IMG/VR virus record: IMGVR_UViG_3300027763_000034 | Span: 52,156 to 116,155 of that record | Source: a virus | Direction: 5' to 3' (one strand) | Length of the DNA stretch: 64,000 bases | Part shown: positions 46,391 through 56,333 of the stretch, in pieces | How positions within the stretch are numbered: the first letter of the stretch is position 1 | Layout: every line of letters begins with the position of its first letter | Notes under the pieces: generated by a model | Database searches by the model: none | The model's input: the letters and a program-made list of their open reading frames with translations, nothing else | Told to the model about the DNA's origin: nothing | Program-made: the position numbers and the translations under genes

Positions 46391-47143
46391 TTATTTAACA
46401 TTGCCGTATATATACTCAAGTATTTTAGTATAGTATTCTGGCTTTAGGTGGTCATTTAAAAAATAGGTTATGGGAGTCTTGGGCTGCATTGTAGTCTCTA
46501 TCATGTCTGTCCCAAGTATCTCGGCTATACTTATTGGATTATCTAGGCCTCTTTCATTACACTGTTTGCGTAACTCTGAAACAAATTTAAGCTGGAACTC
46601 ATGTCTGTCCTCGAACTCTATGGCTGGGTCTGTGTGGTTATGTCTAAACCTACTGGTAACTATACATATGAACTGCGGCATGGGCTCAATAAATATAACC
46701 CTTGCCTTACTAAATTTACTTGTAGCGTTATCAATGTATGTCTTTACCACATTCTCAACATTTACATAGCCATTTAGTTTTGTTTGCGGGAGCCAATTCC
46801 TTACATCAATATATCCAAGCCACGGCATTATTATTCTGTCTTCTGAGTTCCACAAATCTAATTCTTCTTTCTGCGTACCACTGGCGAAGTTTTCAAAATC
46901 ATAATGTAACGCTGACCTTCCTGGGTGATTAGATATAAAAAATTTAATATGTTCGTCTTGATATTTAACAAGACCATCTTCCATCCAAACTTCATGACCA
47001 GTTTTGTCTAAATATTTGGTTCTGTATTGGTGATCAGACTCTTTTCTAAATGTTGATTTAATTTTTGATGACAATGTTTTACCCATGTTAAAAGCTAATT
47101 TGCCTGAGTGTGAGTCGCCAATTATTAATATATTTCTATTCAT
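46391..47143 (-). CDS. SGNH-like hypothetical protein
   Basis: IIGDSHS, WLGYIDVRNWLP, DHL. Confidence 0.6.
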   Translation of the reverse strand: MNRNILIIGDSHSGKLAFNMGKTLSSKIKSTFRKESDHQYRTKYLDKTGHEVWMEDGLVKYQDEHIKFFISNHPGRSALHYDFENFASGTQKEELDLWNSEDRIIMPWLGYIDVRNWLPQTKLNGYVNVENVVKTYIDNATSKFSKARVIFIEPMPQFICIVTSRFRHNHTDPAIEFEDRHEFQLKFVSELRKQCNERGLDNPISIAEILGTDMIETTMQPKTPITYFLNDHLKPEYYTKILEYIYGNVK

Positions 47144-47162
47144 GTATATATTCTATCACAAG

Positions 47163-47235
47163 TGCCCCCAGATGGTTTCGAACCATCGACCCGCAGATTA
47201 AAAGTCTGCTGCTCTACCAGCTGAGCTATAGGAAC
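47163..47235 (-). tRNA. tRNA-Lys(UUU)
   Basis: GCAGA-CTTTTAA-TCTGC, GATGG-TTCGAAA-CCATC. Confidence 0.92.
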
Positions 47236-47270
47236 TTGTGGCAGTTTATTCTCTTGCCAAGGAGATTTTT

Positions 47271-47786
47271 TTATGCGCTAAGTATTTTTGCTAGGGCATT
47301 AACTGTTGCTGCAATTCTTCCGATATCACGCAACTGCTCGTATGTGTAGCCTTCATTTCTTAGAACGTCAAAATGACCAGCAACACAATAATCACATTTA
47401 CCAATAATTGATGCTGCTAGTGCGTAGGATTCAAACTTAGCTTTAGTCGTTCCTCCATGAGTGCCCATGATATTCATTCTTAATTGCCCATTGACTCTTT
47501 TAAATTCTTCATCATGTGATTTTCTTGAGTATGGATACCATATGTTATTTTGAGCCATTATAGCGCCTGCTCCAAGTGCTGCATCTCTTTCCAACTCATT
47601 AGTTGAGCTTCCAACTAAAAATGCCAATAGCTTTGAGTTTCCAGTAGCAAATGCTGATGCTATTGCGAGATGCAATGCATAGTCTGGATCAATTTCTGAT
47701 CTATTTACTACAGCATCTAAATTAAGTTTAATGTCTTTTGCGTATTCTGGAATAGATTCCTGAAGTTGAGATACCCAATTTGTCAT
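47271..47786 (-). CDS. ahpD: Alkyl hydroperoxide reductase AhpD
   Basis: P.YAKD.KLNL, AIMAQNN.WY, LRMN, C.YCV..H. Confidence 0.9.
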   Translation of the reverse strand: MTNWVSQLQESIPEYAKDIKLNLDAVVNRSEIDPDYALHLAIASAFATGNSKLLAFLVGSSTNELERDAALGAGAIMAQNNIWYPYSRKSHDEEFKRVNGQLRMNIMGTHGGTTKAKFESYALAASIIGKCDYCVAGHFDVLRNEGYTYEQLRDIGRIAATVNALAKILSA

Positions 47787-48319
47787 AGAGTTTCTCCTCC
47801 CAATTGTCTATTGCATGCACATAACTCTCCTGTTTGAAGTGCATCTAGTACACGTAATGCTTCATCTGCATTTCTTCCGACATCAAGATTATTGCATGTT
47901 ACATGCTGAATAACATTGTCTGGGTCAATGATGAATGTTGCACGGTACGCAACACCACTTGGATGATGTACTCCAAGATCATTTGCAAGTTGATGTGCCG
48001 AGTCAGCAAACGACCATGAGTTTGTCTTCTTTAAATCTTCATGTGCATTTCTCCATGCAATTTTACAAAATTCATTATCTACAGAACCAGTCATAAGAAC
48101 GGCATCTCTGTCATTAAAATCATTGACTAATGCGTCATATGCAACAATTTCTGTTGGACAAACAAAGGTAAAATCCTTTGGATAAAACGCAATAATTTTC
48201 CATTTGCCTGGAAAAGAGTCTTGCGTTAGAACTTCAAATGAGCTTTCTTCATAAGATAAAGCTCCAGGTTTAACTCCAGTAACGGCAAAGTTACCAAGTT
48301 TATCTCCTACGGTTTTCAT
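47783..48319 (-). CDS. ahpC: Peroxiredoxin AhpC
   Basis: FYPKDFTFVCPTE, RATFIIDP, GRN..E.LRVLDALQ..ELCAC. Confidence 0.95.
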   Translation of the reverse strand: MKTVGDKLGNFAVTGVKPGALSYEESSFEVLTQDSFPGKWKIIAFYPKDFTFVCPTEIVAYDALVNDFNDRDAVLMTGSVDNEFCKIAWRNAHEDLKKTNSWSFADSAHQLANDLGVHHPSGVAYRATFIIDPDNVIQHVTCNNLDVGRNADEALRVLDALQTGELCACNRQLGGETL

Positions 48320-48355
48320 TTTTCTCCTTATATATAAGCGATACTTTTTGTATCG

Positions 48356-48427
48356 TACCCCTGGCTGGGATCGAACCAGCGACCTACAGATTAGAAGTCT
48401 GTTGCTCTTCCGCTGAGCTACAAAGGT
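48356..48427 (-). tRNA. tRNA-Arg(UCU)
   Basis: ACAGA-CTTCTAA-TCTGT, GCTGG-TTCGATC-CCAGC. Confidence 0.92.
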
Positions 48428-48428
48428 G

Positions 48429-48502
48429 TGCGGCAGGTAGGACTCGAACCTACGATTACCGAATTATGAGTTCGGGGCTTTAACCAACTAAGCTACTGAC
48501 GC
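48429..48502 (-). tRNA. tRNA with CAU anticodon (elongator Met or Ile2)
   Basis: CCGAA-CTCATAA-TTCGG; lacks the three G-C pairs of initiator tRNAs; 1 nt from tRNA-Arg. Confidence 0.88.
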
Positions 48503-49925
48503 CAGTTAGTATATTATATCCATAATGAGCCTGCCAGTCAATAGCGTCTTGCTCATCATTTAACAATGGCTGCCCTTTTATATTAAGGCTTGTATTCAAT
48601 AATATTGGTACGCCTGTTTGTAAATAAAATTTATTTATCGCTACCCATAGCCCACGATGCTGTTCTCTGTTTATTGTTTGAACTCTTGATGTGCCGTCAT
48701 GATGTACAACCGATGGTATTAAATCTGGTTTCAAACACTTGACAGTATACTGCATATATGGGCTAGCAAAATTCATATCAAACCATTTGCTGGCGTGTTC
48801 TTCTAAAACAACTGGTGCAAATGGCCTAAATAATTCTCTTTGCTTAATTAAATTTACTTTATTTTTAATGTTTGGATCTCTTGGGTCTGCCAATATACTT
48901 CTATTTCCTAAAGCTCTTGGTCCATACTCTGCCCTACCAGATGCAACTGCAACTATTCCATCTTTTAATATTGCGTCAACAATTTGTTGTGAAGGATATT
49001 GTCCTCCAAGATCATATCCAAGATATGGGTCTTTCCATTCTATATGCTTCCCATACATTGCTGCTGCTGCTCCCAAAGAACTACCAGCGTCTCCAGGATT
49101 TGGCATAATCCATATGTCTTTAAATATGTTCCATAGCAATGTATTGGCTTTGCTATTTAATGCACAACCACCCATAAATACTAAATTATTCTTGCCAGTA
49201 AGATGTTGCGCCATACGCATAAAATCATTAAGCCTTTGCTCGTATACCATTTGAGCTGCTGCTGCTATATCAAATTTATCTTGCTCCGAGACCCAGCCCC
49301 AGTCTGTAATGCCTTTGTGAAAATTATATTTTTGTTGATCATACTTTGGGAAATATGCATCAACTTTTCTGTAATATTTTGTCCAGTCCCCATACGCTGC
49401 CATTCCCATCATAATATATTCTTCTTGATTTGGCATTAGACCTATTAGTTGTGTAAATGCTGAGTAGAACAATCCAAAACTAACTGGGTAGTTTTGCTTA
49501 TATTTTAACTTTATGTTTTCTCCTTCACCAACCCATATTGTTGATGTGTTGTATTCTCCTATTGCATCAAGGACTACAATTACTGCGTCATCAAATGAGC
49601 TTGTATAGTAGCCAGCGCATGCATGTGAATAATGATGTTTAAATGATTTTCTTGGTATTCCATCAATATTAAACTTTGGCTTCCAGTCTCCAGAGCCACC
49701 CTTTATAAATAGCCTGGAGGCCTTTAGAAGGGGTTTCTCGTAGTATGCTATAGCATCAGGTACCCCGTAAGACAAAGCATCATTAACTAAACTATCATTG
49801 ATATACCAATCATTTTTTTGCTTGCTATATCTTTCTGCGTGGCCAGCAAATAATATTTCTCCATCTTTAATTAAAGATAAAGAGGCGTCATGGGATGTCT
49901 CATTAACCCCCAATATTATAGTCAT
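48480..49925 (-). CDS. Carbamoyltransferase (NodU/CmcH/TobZ family)
   Basis: HDAS, ERYS..KND, HHYSHA, EY..MGMAAYG, GGCALN, E.GPRALGNRS, NTSLN. Confidence 0.93.
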   Translation of the reverse strand: MTIILGVNETSHDASLSLIKDGEILFAGHAERYSKQKNDWYINDSLVNDALSYGVPDAIAYYEKPLLKASRLFIKGGSGDWKPKFNIDGIPRKSFKHHYSHACAGYYTSSFDDAVIVVLDAIGEYNTSTIWVGEGENIKLKYKQNYPVSFGLFYSAFTQLIGLMPNQEEYIMMGMAAYGDWTKYYRKVDAYFPKYDQQKYNFHKGITDWGWVSEQDKFDIAAAAQMVYEQRLNDFMRMAQHLTGKNNLVFMGGCALNSKANTLLWNIFKDIWIMPNPGDAGSSLGAAAAMYGKHIEWKDPYLGYDLGGQYPSQQIVDAILKDGIVAVASGRAEYGPRALGNRSILADPRDPNIKNKVNLIKQRELFRPFAPVVLEEHASKWFDMNFASPYMQYTVKCLKPDLIPSVVHHDGTSRVQTINREQHRGLWVAINKFYLQTGVPILLNTSLNIKGQPLLNDEQDAIDWQAHYGYNILTGVSSLVG

Positions 49926-50880
49926 TAATTTCCTTTATAAAAAATTCTGCCCAGTGCATGTGTTTATGAACACCAGAATGGCCATTCAGTGTTGCCGTTC
50001 TAGATATCTTAACATCTGAGGCTATATCAAAGTTTAGTCCGTATTTATCACGATAATCTTGATGACATAAAAATTCTGTATCACATTCAGTTCCTTTTTT
50101 ATGAAATTTATGACACAGAATATCTTTACCTAGATCTTCAACTCTTTGATGCCACTCATTTTCATTAAAATGATGATAGTTTTTAAAATATCCATTACCC
50201 TTATTATTATCAAGCCATTTATTTTGTGGAATGAACCACGTTGTCCAAATTAGTTTTATATTGTTTGAGTTGCAATATGCTTCAAGCATTTTTATATATT
50301 GAATAGAAAGCATTTGTGCTGTTTCTAATGGCATTATTTCTTCTGCAAGTACTGGCAGCTTTAAATACTTTGGCCTTCCATCATATGTATCCCGCGGAGT
50401 TATGTGATATGTTATAATCTCTTCGTCCTGATCAACAGATGGAATTTTTCCATTATTTTTATAGTCTTTTTCTGGCCTCATTTGATGTGATCTAGATGCG
50501 ATTTCCATTCTTGTAAACTCTGGAAAAAGGCATAGAACTATCTTTGGGTTTCCAAAATGCTTTACGTATTCAAAAAAACAATTTATTTCAAATGGAACTC
50601 CCTTACCGCTTGAGCCTAAGTTATGTTTAGTCAAATTAAGCTCTTTTGAAACAAAGTCTGACCAGGTTGCACCTTTAGGAACCCCCTCGCCATAAGTAAA
50701 CGAGCATCCAAGAGCAACTATGTCTGCAGCAGATTCAATCTCTTCTCCTATAAAACCTTTTGAGTTTACTCCTTCCATTTTTCTGCCTTTTAGTCCACCA
50801 GCTAACCCTTCTTTTGCATATTTCCAAATATAAGGTTCATTATCTGAGTGGTAAAATGACGGATGTAATTCTTTTGTCAT
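49903..50880 (-). CDS. SGNH-like hypothetical protein
   Basis: LGCSFTYGEG...W, NLG..G, H.G...H. Confidence 0.65.
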   Translation of the reverse strand: MTKELHPSFYHSDNEPYIWKYAKEGLAGGLKGRKMEGVNSKGFIGEEIESAADIVALGCSFTYGEGVPKGATWSDFVSKELNLTKHNLGSSGKGVPFEINCFFEYVKHFGNPKIVLCLFPEFTRMEIASRSHQMRPEKDYKNNGKIPSVDQDEEIITYHITPRDTYDGRPKYLKLPVLAEEIMPLETAQMLSIQYIKMLEAYCNSNNIKLIWTTWFIPQNKWLDNNKGNGYFKNYHHFNENEWHQRVEDLGKDILCHKFHKKGTECDTEFLCHQDYRDKYGLNFDIASDVKISRTATLNGHSGVHKHMHWAEFFIKEINDYNIGG

Positions 50881-51728
50881 AACAATATCTCCTTTTTAAA
50901 ACTTTCATATATATGAATATTTCTATGTAGTCCAAAATGTGGTGTTGGTGCAGTGGATGCATCCTTGGAGTAATAAAAATTTTTAAGTTCAGAATGCTCT
51001 AGGTGGCAGTTTTCTTTGTAAACTTCTTTCATGCCATCCTCTTTTTTGAATTTCCAATCATTCATCCCCAAGCTAATATAGTTTTTAAATTGAGTTAAAT
51101 TTATATTTTTATCAAGCCATAAAGATTCTTTTTCCGACCATGTTCCCCATAATAATTTAATATTATTTGTATTGCAGTACATTTCAAGCATTTTAATATA
51201 TTGTATTGATATGTCAAAGGATAGTTCAGATGGAATAGAATCTTCTGCAATAAAAACACCTCTGCCAGTATTAAATTTATTTTTTTGATTCCATATTCCA
51301 TATCGTATTATCTTGTCATTATTAAGTTCGTGCCTTGGAAACTGGTTGTATCTTGGAGTCATGTGAGAAGTCTTTGAAGCAACTTCTATTCTTGTAAACT
51401 CTGGGAATAGGCACACCAATACTTTTGGATTGCCAAACTTATTTACATAGGAAAAAAATTTATTTATACTCCACATTATGGATTTACCACAACCAGCAAG
51501 ATTATGAACTGACATTCCAAGATCTTTTGCCAGAAGATCAGGCCATGCATCACCAGCCTCTACACCTAAACCAAATGTCATTGAGCACCCAAGAGAAACA
51601 ATGTCGGAGCATGAGTCAAATTCATTTGTCCTGTAGCCGTAATTGTTACACTCATTAGACCAGTCAGATATTTCTGATTCCAGTGGGTAGGATGACTCAT
51701 ACCAAAGGCTGTCTGAGCTTAATTGCAT
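50877..51728 (-). CDS. SGNH-like hypothetical protein (tandem paralogue)
   Basis: N.YGYR..EF, LGCSMTFG.G; shares FGNPK...CLFPEFTR and SIQYIKMLE.YC with the neighbour. Confidence 0.65.
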   Translation of the reverse strand: MQLSSDSLWYESSYPLESEISDWSNECNNYGYRTNEFDSCSDIVSLGCSMTFGLGVEAGDAWPDLLAKDLGMSVHNLAGCGKSIMWSINKFFSYVNKFGNPKVLVCLFPEFTRIEVASKTSHMTPRYNQFPRHELNNDKIIRYGIWNQKNKFNTGRGVFIAEDSIPSELSFDISIQYIKMLEMYCNTNNIKLLWGTWSEKESLWLDKNINLTQFKNYISLGMNDWKFKKEDGMKEVYKENCHLEHSELKNFYYSKDASTAPTPHFGLHRNIHIYESFKKEILL

Positions 51729-52037
51729 TAGTATATAAACCTATCCCTATCTTTATTTTTTCTTTTCTTAAACGATCTAAAAAATTTTGATATATAGTAT
51801 TTAATGTATATCATTTTTAAATGCTTCCTTCTACTAGTTGTTGAACGTACTCTGAAAAATGTTTTCTAATGGACCCCATTGGTCTTGATCCATAAGAGTC
51901 CCATATTCTTTTATACTCTAATACATTTGCAAATGTTGTTGGGCACACCACTATGCCATTGTACTCTCTTAGTACAGTTGGAAGTGGAACATGCTTGCTG
52001 CAGCATTTGCAATCTTTTGCTCTATCCTGATATTCGC

Positions 52038-53840
52038 TCATATTATCTGCATCCTGTCCATTGCTTCTCTTAAGTCTTCAGGCATTCTTGGTGCCCTAAT
52101 CATATTATAAGATGTCGTATCTGGGTCATCTTTGGTCCCAAAATCATTGTCGTAATTCATAGATTCGTATGTATGAATATTAATTTCTTGATTGCCGTCA
52201 AACCTAGTTCTGCTGATAGAATTGAATATAGCGCCACAAGTAGCGTCCGCCAAGTCTTTAGAGCCTTTTCTAGGGTGGTCAACCTTATCTCTCATAATTC
52301 TGAGCTGGCATAGCTCATCTATAAGTAGCGGTATGTGGGGGCCAATTAATCTTTCTTCAGCAACAACCATTGCCATGTCATCATAATGTTTTTTTGCAAC
52401 CGACAAAATCTCTGTGTTAATTCCATATTGCTTTAGCTGCTGCATCATATCGTGGGAGTTCCATCTATCAAATGTGCATATTGCAATATTAAATCCTCTT
52501 GTTTTAAGAGAAAGAATATAATCTTTAACTTCCGTGAAGTCTACGGATTTATCTGGTGTTGGGGTCCAATATCTAACTGCATCAACCTCTACAATTGGAG
52601 CGGGCTGGGAGTAGGTGTCTGTGACTTTTACATTAACCCACTTATTAATATGAGCCATTGTTACTGCACAATGGTCATGCTTTTGAGCTAAGTCTACGTG
52701 TATGTAGTATTTTTTATCTGGGTCTGGGAGGAACCATTCCTCTAGTCTTCCAAAATTATCTACAGCTATCTGACCAACATTGAAAGCTTTCTCTACCTTT
52801 TCTCTTGACTTAAAGAATGCGTCAACTGCGTCTGGTGGCATGCAAGCAAATCTGGATAGTGCATCTGTTGGGTTTGTATAAAATGCAGTTTTAAAATCAT
52901 CAATCTTTCTTACTGGGTTTATCTCCCATGTTGGCCTTTTTATTGCATAAACTTTTGGAATCTTATAAGATATTATATGATCTTCTTCCCATTGTATTTC
53001 AAACTCATTGCCCTCTGTTCCGTCTGGGAGCTCTTCATACATCTTAAATTTATGGTCTCTAATTACTGTTTCTTTTTCTCCAATGACAGCATCATATCTT
53101 TGCTGAATATAGTCGTTCTTAAATCTTGGAAAAGAAAGCAATATGACTTTACCAAAGTCTGGGAATCTTGAGTCTACGGATGCCCTATACATATCATAGA
53201 CTGCGCTACCAGTTTTTGCTTGATCGTGACCAGTTGTATTTTCAATTGCAAAACCAGAAATCTCATCTAGGATTACAACAATAACGTTATAACCTTCCCA
53301 CGCTTCTCTTTCTGAGTGACCTGAGTGTACTGTGATCGCTTTTTGAAACTGTATCTCAGAGGCTTTGGCATAGTATTTACCAATGAACCATGGAGACTTA
53401 TCTATGCGGCTTCTAAAGCCTTTAAAGAATACGTTGCTTGCCTGTTGTGAGTTAATTGCAATATTAATGATATCAATTGAATCGCCAGGTGGCTTTCCAT
53501 AATATGTTGCTGGGTCTTTTAGGCACAATAGCAAATATACTATATACGCAACTGCAATTGTTGAACAATAGTCTTTGCCAGACCCTTTTCCTAACTGTGC
53601 AACAACTTCATTTGCCGTTTGCTTAAACCTAATTGATCCTTCTTCTTCACCAAATAATTTTTTTAATGTTGATTCTTTATATATTTGCGAGCTTTTCTCT
53701 ATGAGGGTATACTGATAATCAGATAAAAGTGGAAGCCCCAGGTAATTTGGGTCATTGACAAATGTTCTTAGGTCTACTGGCTTTTCTTCGAACTCTTCAC
53801 CATCAAGAATATCAATTAGATCTGAAAAATCAAACGACAC
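52038..53840 (-). CDS. terL: Terminase large subunit
   Basis: GKGSGKD (Walker A), VILDE (Walker B), LLSFP, HVDLA...D, DHP..GSKDLADA. Confidence 0.9.
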   Translation of the reverse strand: MSFDFSDLIDILDGEEFEEKPVDLRTFVNDPNYLGLPLLSDYQYTLIEKSSQIYKESTLKKLFGEEEGSIRFKQTANEVVAQLGKGSGKDYCSTIAVAYIVYLLLCLKDPATYYGKPPGDSIDIINIAINSQQASNVFFKGFRSRIDKSPWFIGKYYAKASEIQFQKAITVHSGHSEREAWEGYNVIVVILDEISGFAIENTTGHDQAKTGSAVYDMYRASVDSRFPDFGKVILLSFPRFKNDYIQQRYDAVIGEKETVIRDHKFKMYEELPDGTEGNEFEIQWEEDHIISYKIPKVYAIKRPTWEINPVRKIDDFKTAFYTNPTDALSRFACMPPDAVDAFFKSREKVEKAFNVGQIAVDNFGRLEEWFLPDPDKKYYIHVDLAQKHDHCAVTMAHINKWVNVKVTDTYSQPAPIVEVDAVRYWTPTPDKSVDFTEVKDYILSLKTRGFNIAICTFDRWNSHDMMQQLKQYGINTEILSVAKKHYDDMAMVVAEERLIGPHIPLLIDELCQLRIMRDKVDHPRKGSKDLADATCGAIFNSISRTRFDGNQEINIHTYESMNYDNDFGTKDDPDTTSYNMIRAPRMPEDLREAMDRMQII

Positions 53841-53843
53841 TGA

Positions 53844-54470
53844 CTACCCCCTGAGATTTTCTAGCGGTGTCTTTCTAAAATTATGCCCCTTAGAAACTTT
53901 AACATGTTTAAAAAAATGTCCTACTGAAAAATATCTTACATCGCTTAATACTTCGTCTACCCCATGTTTGCATTTTTGTTCTGCACCGTGAATAACAAGG
54001 TCGCCCTTTTCTGGCTTGTACCGCAGGTCATTTTGTTCTGGGTAATAGACTTCCCCGCCTTCAAAATCATTAAAATAAATTATAGTTCCATGAGTAATTA
54101 AATCAGCCAAGTCAAAGTCATCACCTTCTTTATAGATTCCAGCCTCAAGCCGAACTTCTTTAAACTGATCTATGTCTGAATGTGGCCTTCTGCTAGCACC
54201 TTTTAAAAGCTTTGAAGCTCTGCCACCAGGAGTTGCATAACAACCATCTAACATTATTGATGCAATTCTTTTTTTAACTGCTCTTATTGATTCTGTCTGC
54301 TCATGGCTTATAAAATAATCTTTTGCAGTTGCAAGAAAGGGTGGCTGCCAGACATCTTCTGGCAATGAGAGTATATCTTTCATAATTGATTCGCACTCTT
54401 CATCTGACATGAAGTGTTTATAAACAAATATTTCATCGCCTATTTCTATAAAGCCATCTTTATTGAACAT
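53844..54470 (-). CDS. 2OG-Fe(II) oxygenase
   Basis: HSD, YFNDFEGGE.YYP, HGV.EV....RY. Confidence 0.85.
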   Translation of the reverse strand: MFNKDGFIEIGDEIFVYKHFMSDEECESIMKDILSLPEDVWQPPFLATAKDYFISHEQTESIRAVKKRIASIMLDGCYATPGGRASKLLKGASRRPHSDIDQFKEVRLEAGIYKEGDDFDLADLITHGTIIYFNDFEGGEVYYPEQNDLRYKPEKGDLVIHGAEQKCKHGVDEVLSDVRYFSVGHFFKHVKVSKGHNFRKTPLENLRG

Positions 54471-55008
54471 TAGTTATAACCTCTGCATCATTTATATTAA
54501 CCGCTTCAACGATACCAGTAATCTGAGATAGGCGTTTTGCTACATCCATCTTACATTTTGGACAACCAGAAGTCACTTCTTTTAATATACCAACAAGTAG
54601 CTCTTGCTTTCTTTCTGTCTCTGCAATCTGTGAGGCTATTTGTGAGTTTTCCAATACCCCAACAGACTGTAGCATTGCTATTCTTTTTGTCTCTATATCT
54701 GCAATTAGCTTAAGAGATGCTGCTTTTATATTTAACTGACCCTGAGTATCTGCATCCTCTACTGTCTTCCACGCTTCTTTGATTAGCATTGCGTAGTGTT
54801 GATCAGCTCCAGAAATTGCCTCTCTTGCACGGTCACGAATATTGCTATCGTTATGTACAACGGACTTCCACTCGTCTAGGTATTCTAGGACTTCTTTTCT
54901 TGAGTATCCAGTAAGTGTTGCTATCTGGGTTGCTGAATTGCCCTTTAAAAGCTCTTCTACGACCTTATTCATGCGGTCAAAATGTACTGCTGGCTCTAAT
55001 TCGCTCAT
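54460..55008 (-). CDS. HTH protein, possible terminase small subunit
   Basis: LKG.S..QIA..TG.SR..V HTH plus coiled coil, near terL. Confidence 0.5.
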   Translation of the reverse strand: MSELEPAVHFDRMNKVVEELLKGNSATQIATLTGYSRKEVLEYLDEWKSVVHNDSNIRDRAREAISGADQHYAMLIKEAWKTVEDADTQGQLNIKAASLKLIADIETKRIAMLQSVGVLENSQIASQIAETERKQELLVGILKEVTSGCPKCKMDVAKRLSQITGIVEAVNINDAEVITNVQ

Positions 55009-55035
55009 ATGTAAATTATACCACGTTTTAGTTGA

Positions 55036-55362
55036 CTAAGACTTATTGGCTATTTTAAGAAGAATTAAATATCCAATTAGATCATCAATATCATTATCTC
55101 CAGGGAATGCCTTATCATTTTGAATTCTATTTAGCTTGTCATCAATACGTACACGGATCTGTTCTTTTGAGTCCGCCTTTGAAAATATACGAATGGGATC
55201 AAGTGCTGAGTTTCCATATGATATATTTTTCTTTATAAGCATCTCTGCTGTTTCAAGGCACTCCACTATAATCTTAGGGCCTGACGGTGCATCGGTTGCA
55301 ATTAATTGAAGGTCTGTTATCCATGCTTGGTATCCGCCATCTTTATTTGGGTATTCGCTCAT
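55036..55362 (-). CDS. DUF1599 / nucleotide-modification-associated domain protein
   Basis: KKN.SYGNS, RIDDKL.RI, DLIGYLIL; start corrected. Confidence 0.75.
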   Translation of the reverse strand: MSEYPNKDGGYQAWITDLQLIATDAPSGPKIIVECLETAEMLIKKNISYGNSALDPIRIFSKADSKEQIRVRIDDKLNRIQNDKAFPGDNDIDDLIGYLILLKIANKS

Positions 55363-55505
55363 TTTTTTCTTAACAATCCAAACTCTTGTAAATATCTCTG
55401 TATGGTCATAGCAGAGACTCCGCACTCTTTACCTATTTCTGTGACTGTTTTCTTTTGTACTACGTACCTTCTATATAGCCAATCCTTACTCTGATAAAGC
55501 TTCAT
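55359..55505 (-). CDS. Small HTH DNA-binding protein (48 aa)
   Basis: Not in track; LY.SKDWL.RRY...KKT..EI.KECGVS..TI.RYL..FGL; coupled on both sides. Confidence 0.75.
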   Translation of the reverse strand: MKLYQSKDWLYRRYVVQKKTVTEIGKECGVSAMTIQRYLQEFGLLRKK

Positions 55506-56068
55506 CGCTTAGTAAGCACCTGGTTACTATAATGTGCAATACCAAAACTATCTGCAACATCAAAATCCACAATTTCTAAACCATATTTCTTATTAAAGTA
55601 GTCAGCAGTTCTTTGCTTCCTCATATTTCTTAATTGATTTTTATACCATGAATCTGCGTACCCTGGATTAAGTAATCTTATTGAAGACTTCTCATCTTTT
55701 GTAGGGTTCTTGTTGCCAATGTACGCCTGCCACGAGGATGGGCTAATAGTGATAACCTTAGCACCAGTAGACATAAGCTCAGCAATAACAACTCCATATA
55801 CATAGGACAATTTTATCACAGCGTCTGGTGATCTGACAAGTATCGCACCTTCTACAGCAATATAATCACTCTTAAGTTCATCTAACATCATTGCCATTTT
55901 ATTTTTTGCATCGTAAATTTTTTCATATATATCTTCGCCAACTAAATTTATTTTTCCCCATTTTAATGGTATGTCGTTTTCCATTAAGCAAAAAGCAATA
56001 GAGTTAGTAGATGCATCTATACCAAGAACCCTATAAGCCTTAGTTTTTACAAGACTAGCTAATTTCAT
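55502..56068 (-). CDS. ruvC: RuvC-like Holliday junction resolvase
   Basis: VLGIDAS, IAVE, DVADS.GIA. Confidence 0.85.
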   Translation of the reverse strand: MKLASLVKTKAYRVLGIDASTNSIAFCLMENDIPLKWGKINLVGEDIYEKIYDAKNKMAMMLDELKSDYIAVEGAILVRSPDAVIKLSYVYGVVIAELMSTGAKVITISPSSWQAYIGNKNPTKDEKSSIRLLNPGYADSWYKNQLRNMRKQRTADYFNKKYGLEIVDFDVADSFGIAHYSNQVLTKR

Positions 56069-56333
56069 CGACTATCCCTTGCAGTAGATTTTTTAGCTTA
56101 GCACTTGATTTTTTAATACAGGATGAGCAAACATCATCTGAGTTGTATCTGCTTAGCTGGGACTTGCATTTTTTGCATAACCTGACGGCACCCTTTTTAA
56201 TAGCTTTTTTCTCATAGTATTTTTCCATGATCCTTTTGTTGGTAGCAATTCGACAGCACTCATCTGTGCAATATTTTTGATTGTGTGTCTTTGCTTCAAA
56301 ATTTTTTTTACAATCCTCGTTGAAGCAAATCAT
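56055..56333 (-). CDS. Cys-rich Zn-finger protein
   Basis: Multiple Cys pairs; QKYC..EC. Confidence 0.7.
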   Translation of the reverse strand: MICFNEDCKKNFEAKTHNQKYCTDECCRIATNKRIMEKYYEKKAIKKGAVRLCKKCKSQLSRYNSDDVCSSCIKKSSAKLKNLLQGIVDEIS

